From Acidobacteriota bacterium (GTDB taxonomy: Bacteria > Acidobacteriota > UBA6911 > RPQK01 > JADFOI01): 64,000 bases of DNA. Under the pieces are notes generated by a model, which was not told where the DNA came from, searched no databases, and worked only from the letters and a program-made list of their open reading frames with translations. The position numbers and the translations under genes were made by a program. The stretch lies in assembly GCA_963663035.1 (NCBI GenBank), contig OY760074.1, forward strand, positions 1,152,001-1,216,000. Reading direction: 5' to 3'. Shown here piece after piece: positions 58,212 to 64,000 of the stretch (position 1 is its first letter; every line of letters begins with the position of its first letter).

Positions 58212-60110
58212 ATGCATAAACACCATATCTGGATCGCGGCTGTAGTGATCGCTGCAAGCATCTCTGTTGGCGTAGCCCAACAGACCGCCGACACCGTTTT
58301 GTACAACGGCAAGATTTTGACCGTGGACTCGAACTTCACCATTGCACAGGCGGTGGCGGTGCGCGGCAACCGGATTACGGCTGTGGGCACGAACGATGAA
58401 GTGCTCAGGCTGGCCGGGCCGAACACGCGCAGGATTGATTTGAAGGGGAAGACGGTGACGCCGGGGCTGATCCATACACACGTCCATTTGCAAGCGGTCG
58501 GTGCTTATGGCCGCGAACTGGGAACCGTCAAGAGCAGGCAAATATCCCTAAGCGTGAGAGGAATGAAAACTCCGGACGAAGTCCTTCAGCAGATCCGGGA
58601 CATTATTGCAGCTTTCAAGTTTCCGCCGGGTGAGTGGCTCTATTTCTCCCCCAACTGGACGGGAAGTCAGGCTGACCTGATTTTTAACCAGCTAAACGCG
58701 AAGGAACTGGACAAGGCCGCTCCCAACCATCCGATCGTTATGAGGGTGGGAATATCGGCAAATAACATCAATATGTTGAACTCGATGGCTCTTGCGGAGA
58801 TGTGGCGCAAGTACGGACTCTTCATTGAAAGGTATGGGCGCTACTGGGCCGACGAATCGGGCAGGCCGACTGGTATTCTGGAGGCCCCGGCCAGCCAAAT
58901 CGTTTGGGAGGATCAGGAGTTTGGGCTGTTTCCCAAGCCCGAAGACGCGGGCCCGTACTTCAGGAAACTTCTTGTCGAAAACTACTCGTCCGTGGGTATC
59001 ACGACGCTTTCGGGAGCTCTGAATACGGCCAATGTGCAGGCCTATCAGTGGCTGGACTCGCGGGACGAGATGCCGCTCAGATATGCCTATGGGGCCATGG
59101 CGGGGTTTCAGCCAGGCGTGGACATGAAGCAGTACCAGTTGGGCTCCGGCACCGACAATGTTTTCATCTCGTCCGTGACCGCGCGCGCGACCGACGGGGG
59201 CGGTGTCAGAAGGTGTATTGATCTAACCAGAGACAATGAGGCAGTGGCCGATGGGGTCCAGGTCAGCGCCCTGAACTCGGGGGATATGAATGCAGTCGCC
59301 ACCGAGTGGTGGCCGCGGGGCCAGTGCAACCTGGATATTGAGTACAGCGGAAGCACCAGGGGAGCGCGTATTAGCGGCAACCGCTTCCTGGAGTGGTACC
59401 GGGAGGTTGCCGTGGAGGGTCTGCGGTCGGCCAATTCTCACGCCGCGGGAGAGGCATCCATCTACATGATGCTTAACACGTGGGAGCGAATCGACCAGGC
59501 CGATCCGGGATCAGTCAAGGGCTGGGCATTCGACCATTGCACCATGGTTCCTCCCGACGCCATTCCGCGGGCGGCAGCACTGGAACTGATGTTTAGCTGT
59601 AACATGGTAAATGCCATCTCCTCAGACCTGGAAAGAGGAGCCCGGTCGACGCTTGGGGCCTATGGAGCGGATATTCTCAACACCTATGGGGCCCCCATCG
59701 GGAGCATGCTCGAGGCCGGAATCAATGTCTCCTCGGAAGGAGCGTGGGACAGCATTGAAACCATGATCACGCGCCTTGACCACGAAGGGAAGGTCTGGGG
59801 AGCCGATCAGCGCATAGATCGGCGAACCGCCCTGAAAGTGGGAACGCAGAACGGGGCCAATTACGTCCTGAAAGGAGATCAGTTGGGTTCGCTCGAGCCG
59901 GGAAAGTTTGCGGATCTGATCATCCTGGATCGCGATTACATGAGCATGCCGGTGGAGGAGATTTCGGAGATGCGACCTCTGATGACCATGAAAGGTGGCC
60001 AATTTATCTTTTTACGCACCGACTTTTCCGATGAGTACAACCTGAAGCCGGTCGGTGCGGAAATCAGCACGTTTGAGGATTTGCGGGCGCGTCGTCCGGG
60101 ACGTGAATGA
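58212..60110 (+). CDS. secreted amidohydrolase_3-family protein
   Basis: Signal peptide, NGKILTVD, TVTPGLIHTHVH, FDHC, GSLEPGKFADLIILDRD. Confidence 0.87.
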   Translation: MHKHHIWIAAVVIAASISVGVAQQTADTVLYNGKILTVDSNFTIAQAVAVRGNRITAVGTNDEVLRLAGPNTRRIDLKGKTVTPGLIHTHVHLQAVGAYGRELGTVKSRQISLSVRGMKTPDEVLQQIRDIIAAFKFPPGEWLYFSPNWTGSQADLIFNQLNAKELDKAAPNHPIVMRVGISANNINMLNSMALAEMWRKYGLFIERYGRYWADESGRPTGILEAPASQIVWEDQEFGLFPKPEDAGPYFRKLLVENYSSVGITTLSGALNTANVQAYQWLDSRDEMPLRYAYGAMAGFQPGVDMKQYQLGSGTDNVFISSVTARATDGGGVRRCIDLTRDNEAVADGVQVSALNSGDMNAVATEWWPRGQCNLDIEYSGSTRGARISGNRFLEWYREVAVEGLRSANSHAAGEASIYMMLNTWERIDQADPGSVKGWAFDHCTMVPPDAIPRAAALELMFSCNMVNAISSDLERGARSTLGAYGADILNTYGAPIGSMLEAGINVSSEGAWDSIETMITRLDHEGKVWGADQRIDRRTALKVGTQNGANYVLKGDQLGSLEPGKFADLIILDRDYMSMPVEEISEMRPLMTMKGGQFIFLRTDFSDEYNLKPVGAEISTFEDLRARRPGRE

Positions 60111-60238
60111 GCCGGCGTCTCTGGCCGTGGCTGCTCAGAAATCGAGAAAGTAACTGTACTTGAGCGAGATGACCCGCTCCATCCTTCCAGCATCGGTGGT
60201 TGATGAGCAGGTGTCGAGGTGCCTGAGTGGAAGTGACA

Positions 60239-60808
60239 ATGAACAGGCTTGTTTTGGGCAAATCGTTGGTGCTGGTGGCGTTTGTTGCATCGGCCTTAAT
60301 GTACGGACAAGATATTGCCTCCCTGCAGGAGTCGGTTGGTCCGTCTCTAGACTTGAGTTCTGATATCGAGGGTCCAGGGTGGGAGGTTACGATTACCGTT
60401 AACCTCCGTGTTCCAGTGGACGTGAGGGTCGGAAAAGCCATGAGTGAGATTACCTATCCGATCAAGACTCTCGAGTTTATTGAGGCCATACGCGGTCTGT
60501 CTGCAGAGGCCGTGGGAGCGAAGGTGACTGCAGTTACCGAAGCCCTCGACGGCGATTACTCAATACTGCGGGTGACGATTGCGGCCAAAGAGGGAGAGTC
60601 GATTCCGCAGGGTATTGTCGCCGATCTTCGTTTCATGATTTCCGAGGAGGTGCTTGCTGACGATACCACGGTCCCACTGATCAACCAGGTATCCGCTTGG
60701 TCAGACGAGATCCCTCCAAATCCGATTGAATCCATTACAGGAGAAGACGGGGCAGTGACGATATCCGCGAATCCCCCCGTCTTTGCGTGCTTCTTTTTCA
60801 TGCATTAG
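60239..60808 (+). CDS. secreted cohesin-like beta-sandwich protein
   Basis: Signal peptide, GPG.EV...V, IPQG.VA.L.F, C-terminal FACFFFMH. Confidence 0.55.
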   Translation: MNRLVLGKSLVLVAFVASALMYGQDIASLQESVGPSLDLSSDIEGPGWEVTITVNLRVPVDVRVGKAMSEITYPIKTLEFIEAIRGLSAEAVGAKVTAVTEALDGDYSILRVTIAAKEGESIPQGIVADLRFMISEEVLADDTTVPLINQVSAWSDEIPPNPIESITGEDGAVTISANPPVFACFFFMH

Positions 60809-60965
60809 CCTTTCCCCATCTGTGCGAATTCACGCTTCTGAGGTGACTGTAACTTCCTGAGGCTTTGTCAAGTTAAGGCAGAGGCAGGCACAATTGACAG
60901 ATGGAATCGCTTGATCGAGGGCAGGGAATTGGTTTATCTAACTGATCTGAAAAGAGTTAAGAAAG

Positions 60966-61039
60966 CGCGCCCGACAGGATTCGAACCTGTGACCTTTGGT
61001 TTCGTAGACCAACGCTCTATCCAGCTGAGCTACGGGCGC
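60966..61039 (-). tRNA. tRNA-Arg (anticodon ACG)
   Basis: GCGCCCG acceptor stem, D arm AGCTCAGCTGGATAGAGC, TTGGT-CTACGAA-ACCAA, GTTCGAATC. CCA not encoded. Confidence 0.97.
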
Positions 61040-61274
61040 AAATGGGTTTCCATCGCAGTGAGAAAACGAAGACAGATTGTAACATGGTCAGACGATGGTT
61101 TCTTCTTGCTCGGGCCAATCTGCTCAAGAAATACTCTGTTGACCTGCCTTGCCCTCCCAGATAGACTAGCCTCCAGAAAGTGGCTTCTTATTCCCTTGAG
61201 ATTAACCACTCTAAACTCTTTGGATAAAGGGTTTAATTAGAGAAGTCTTCAGTCTTACCGCTGTTCCTGAAAGG

Positions 61275-62738
61275 ATGGATATGACTCAAGAAAAAAGTTT
61301 ACTAGCTCTAAACCGTCGCAGATTCTTGTTGGCCCTCTCCGCTGCAGGTGGAATCCTGGCCAACAGAAGCTCCCTGCGAGCTTCGGCTCCTTTGCAGCTC
61401 CAGAGTCTTCCTGCGGGGGCCCAACCAGGAGACTGGCCTCTTACGGGCTGTGATCTGCGCAGCACCCGGTCCAATGTGCACGAGACGACCATTGGTCCTT
61501 CCAATGTGGAACGCCTGAAGGTGAAGTGGACGTTTGAGGGAGCTGGAAGCTTCAACCAGTCCACCCCTATTGTGGTGGGCGGCACCCTCTACTTTACCGC
61601 TTGGGATGGTTATGTCTATGCCCTGGACGCTGGCTCGGGGGCCTTGAAGTGGAAAGTTAATGCCTGGGAAGGTATCCAGGCCAACGCTCCTGGAGAACTG
61701 CGAGCCGACATCAACATTGACCCTCTGGGGGAGATGCGCGGTGGAGTGGCCTATGGGGACGGACGGATCTTTTTCGGTGTCGGAACAGGCCGGGTGCACT
61801 GCCTGAATGCGGACACGGGCAGAGAGATCTGGAAGACTCTCATCGATCCTCAATCGGGCATCACCCGGACCCGGGTCAACTCAGATCCCATCTACTATAA
61901 CGGAAAAGTCTTTGTCGGACTCTCGACCTCAGCCGGCGATGGTCAGGCCGTTTGTCTGGATGCTGGAACGGGTGCCGTCAGGTGGAGCTTCGATACCGTT
62001 CCCGATCCCAATGCCCTGGCGGGCGGCTCGATTTGGTCAGCAGCCGCCATAGATGTGGAATACGGCGTTGTTTACAACGCCACGGGCAGCCTCAAGGGAC
62101 ACGAGCCAGGACCGATGCTCTTTAGCGAAAGCATCATCGCCAATGACATGGAATCGGGCGAGTTGTTGTGGTATAACCAGCTGAGAGACAATGATCCTTT
62201 TGACTTGGACTACAGCTGCCACCCCATGCTTTTTGAGGCGACCCATCCCACCCGCAGCGGAAGCCGTCGCAGCTGTGTGGGTGCCGGCAGCAAGACCGGA
62301 TTTCACACCTTTGACCGCTATACGGGAGAACACCTGTGGACAGCTGCAGTAACCAATGGAGGTCCCGTACTCAACAGTACCGCCTTCGGCCACGATAAAG
62401 TCTATATGGTTTCCACCTCCTCAGCCAGCTACCAACGCATTGCCCAAACCGCCACCGTTGCACTCCATGCCTACACCGGAGAAGTCCTGTGGTGGACACC
62501 CAATGCGCCGGGGATCCAGGGAGCAACGGCCGTGGCCAATAACCTCTTTTACCAGGGTTTCAGCGACGGTTCTCTGCAGGCTCTTCATACGGAAACCGGA
62601 GAACCTCTGTGGACTTATCAGCTGCCTGCCCCCCGCAGAGGGGGAATCACCATCTCCAATGGTACGCTCTACACATCCTGCGGCGTCCAGAGATCACCGG
62701 CCTATCCACTGTACGCATTCAGTATCGACGGTCGCTAA
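61275..62738 (+). CDS. Tat-exported PQQ-binding beta-propeller protein (PVA dehydrogenase-like)
   Basis: NRRRFL, GDWP...NV..LKVKW, YALDAGSGALKW repeats, GGSIWS, DLDY. Confidence 0.82.
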   Translation: MDMTQEKSLLALNRRRFLLALSAAGGILANRSSLRASAPLQLQSLPAGAQPGDWPLTGCDLRSTRSNVHETTIGPSNVERLKVKWTFEGAGSFNQSTPIVVGGTLYFTAWDGYVYALDAGSGALKWKVNAWEGIQANAPGELRADINIDPLGEMRGGVAYGDGRIFFGVGTGRVHCLNADTGREIWKTLIDPQSGITRTRVNSDPIYYNGKVFVGLSTSAGDGQAVCLDAGTGAVRWSFDTVPDPNALAGGSIWSAAAIDVEYGVVYNATGSLKGHEPGPMLFSESIIANDMESGELLWYNQLRDNDPFDLDYSCHPMLFEATHPTRSGSRRSCVGAGSKTGFHTFDRYTGEHLWTAAVTNGGPVLNSTAFGHDKVYMVSTSSASYQRIAQTATVALHAYTGEVLWWTPNAPGIQGATAVANNLFYQGFSDGSLQALHTETGEPLWTYQLPAPRRGGITISNGTLYTSCGVQRSPAYPLYAFSIDGR

Positions 62739-62752
62739 ACTCGGTGTCTCCT

Positions 62753-63633
62753 ATGCCAGTCAGACTGATGATCGCCATATGGGTGGCAGTCCTGGGTCCG
62801 CTCAGTGTTTTTGCCCAGGAGACGTCTTGGGAGATCTACACTGACCAAGGACGGGAGGCGTATGAGCAACACCGTTACGCTGAGGCCGAAGAGTTGTTCC
62901 TGGCCGCCCTCAAGGAAGCCGAGCAGTTCGGAGGAGAAGACCCCCGCCTCCATTCGAGTCTGACAACCTGGCTGAGCTTTATTACCTCCAGGACAGATAT
63001 ACAGAGGCAGAGGCACTCTACCGGCGTGCACTGGCCAACAAAGAGAAAGCGCTGGGTCCCGAGCATCTTGATGTGGCGAAGAGCCTGAATAACCTGGCTG
63101 CGCTCTACCGAATACAAGGCAGGTCTGCAGAAGCGGAGCCGCTCTATCAGCGTATGCTGCCTATCTGGGAAAAAGCGTCGGGTCCCGAGCACCCTAATAT
63201 GGTTACGGTCCTCCTCAATCTGGGGGAGGTTTACGTTGATCAGGGCAAGTCTGCAGAGGCGGAGCCGCTCTATCAGCGTATGCTGGCCATGACAGAAAAA
63301 ACGAGGGGTCCCGAGCACCCGATTGTGGGTACGTTCCTCCTCAATCTGGGGGATCTTTACGTTGATCAGGGCAAGTACGCAGAAGCGGAGCCGCTCTATC
63401 AGCGTTCGATGGCTATCTGGGAAAAGGGTGGAGCAGCTACTGGGCCGCCGTTAGCGCTAACCCTGGAGAAGTACGCCGCCCTGCTGCGGGTGTTGGACCG
63501 CACTGCGGAGGCTGAAAAGTTGGAAGAACGTGCCAAGGCGGTTCGGGCTATCAGGCCACCATCCGGAGAGGAACCCCCACCGCCACCTCCCCAGGCGCCT
63601 GGCGCTGGCCCAACCGATCTACTTTCGCCGTGA
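62753..63633 (+). pseudogene. secreted TPR protein (kinesin-light-chain type) with a frameshift at ~62963
   Basis: AGT CTG AC AAC CTG lacks one base of SLNNL. Repeats SLNNLA..Y..QG...EAEPLYQR continue in the next frame. Confidence 0.8.
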
Positions 63634-64000
63634 AGCCTGAAGGACCCTCTTGCGCAGCCGAAGTGCCTTGGGAGTCACTTCCACCATCTCGTCATCCCGG
63701 ATGTACTCCAGAGATTGTTCGAGACTCATGTTGCGACGGGGGATCAGATGAACGAGGATCTCCCCGGTGGATGAACGGATGTTGGTCACCTTTTTTTCTT
63801 TTGTAATGTTGACATCCAGATCCTGAGGGCGAGAGTTCTCGCCCACGATCATGCCCTCATACACTTCTTCTACAGGAGCAACAAAGAGTTCGCCGCGAGG
63901 TTGAAGATGCTCGATGGCGTAGGCGGTGGCCTTTCCGGCTCGGTCTGAGACCAGTGCTCCGGTGGGACGGTGGGGGATCTCCCCCTGCCATTCGGCATAC
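63619..64000 (-). CDS. typA: translational GTPase TypA/BipA, 3' part
   Basis: RGELFV...[24 protein letters not shown]...SLEQ..EYI.DDE.VEVTP..LRLRK. Confidence 0.95.
   Translation of the reverse strand, partial: YAEWQGEIPHRPTGALVSDRAGKATAYAIEHLQPRGELFVAPVEEVYEGMIVGENSRPQDLDVNITKEKKVTNIRSSTGEILVHLIPRRNMSLEQSLEYIRDDEMVEVTPKALRLRKRVLQASRRK

Overview
Bacterial chromosomal window. The gene content (several Hanks-type Ser/Thr kinases with TolB/TPR tails, PEGA, DUF4384 and caspase proteins, secreted amidohydrolases) suggests Acidobacteriota; this is an inference. All family calls come from motif recognition by eye, with no database search. 1-42.7 kb is mostly core or semi-core: type IV pilus motors (GAF-PilB, PilU, PilT), a GH3/SSS/LacD sugar cluster, rarA, tsaC, a Lol-like ABC operon, a kinase-FGE/caspase/TPR/DUF4384 operon and an Mo-oxidoreductase. 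It is dotted with two families of MITE/REP-like hairpin elements, a 35-bp perfect palindrome and a 28x heptamer array. 42.7-61 kb is an accessory region ending at tRNA-Arg(ACG). Main result: an IS110-family (IS1111-type) element at ~52.1-54.9 kb whose right non-coding end contains a readable bridge/seek-RNA. Its target guides spell GCCGCAGCAGGTC, the reverse complement of the codons for the C-terminal 'DLLRR' motif of the host Ser/Thr kinase family. The element sits in such a kinase tail. Two other kinase-tail copies nearby break at the same position and bracket a HicAB module. Kinase heads with a shared promoter and kinase tails recur around cargo genes. Together this suggests kinase-gene termini serve as a recombination/cassette platform.
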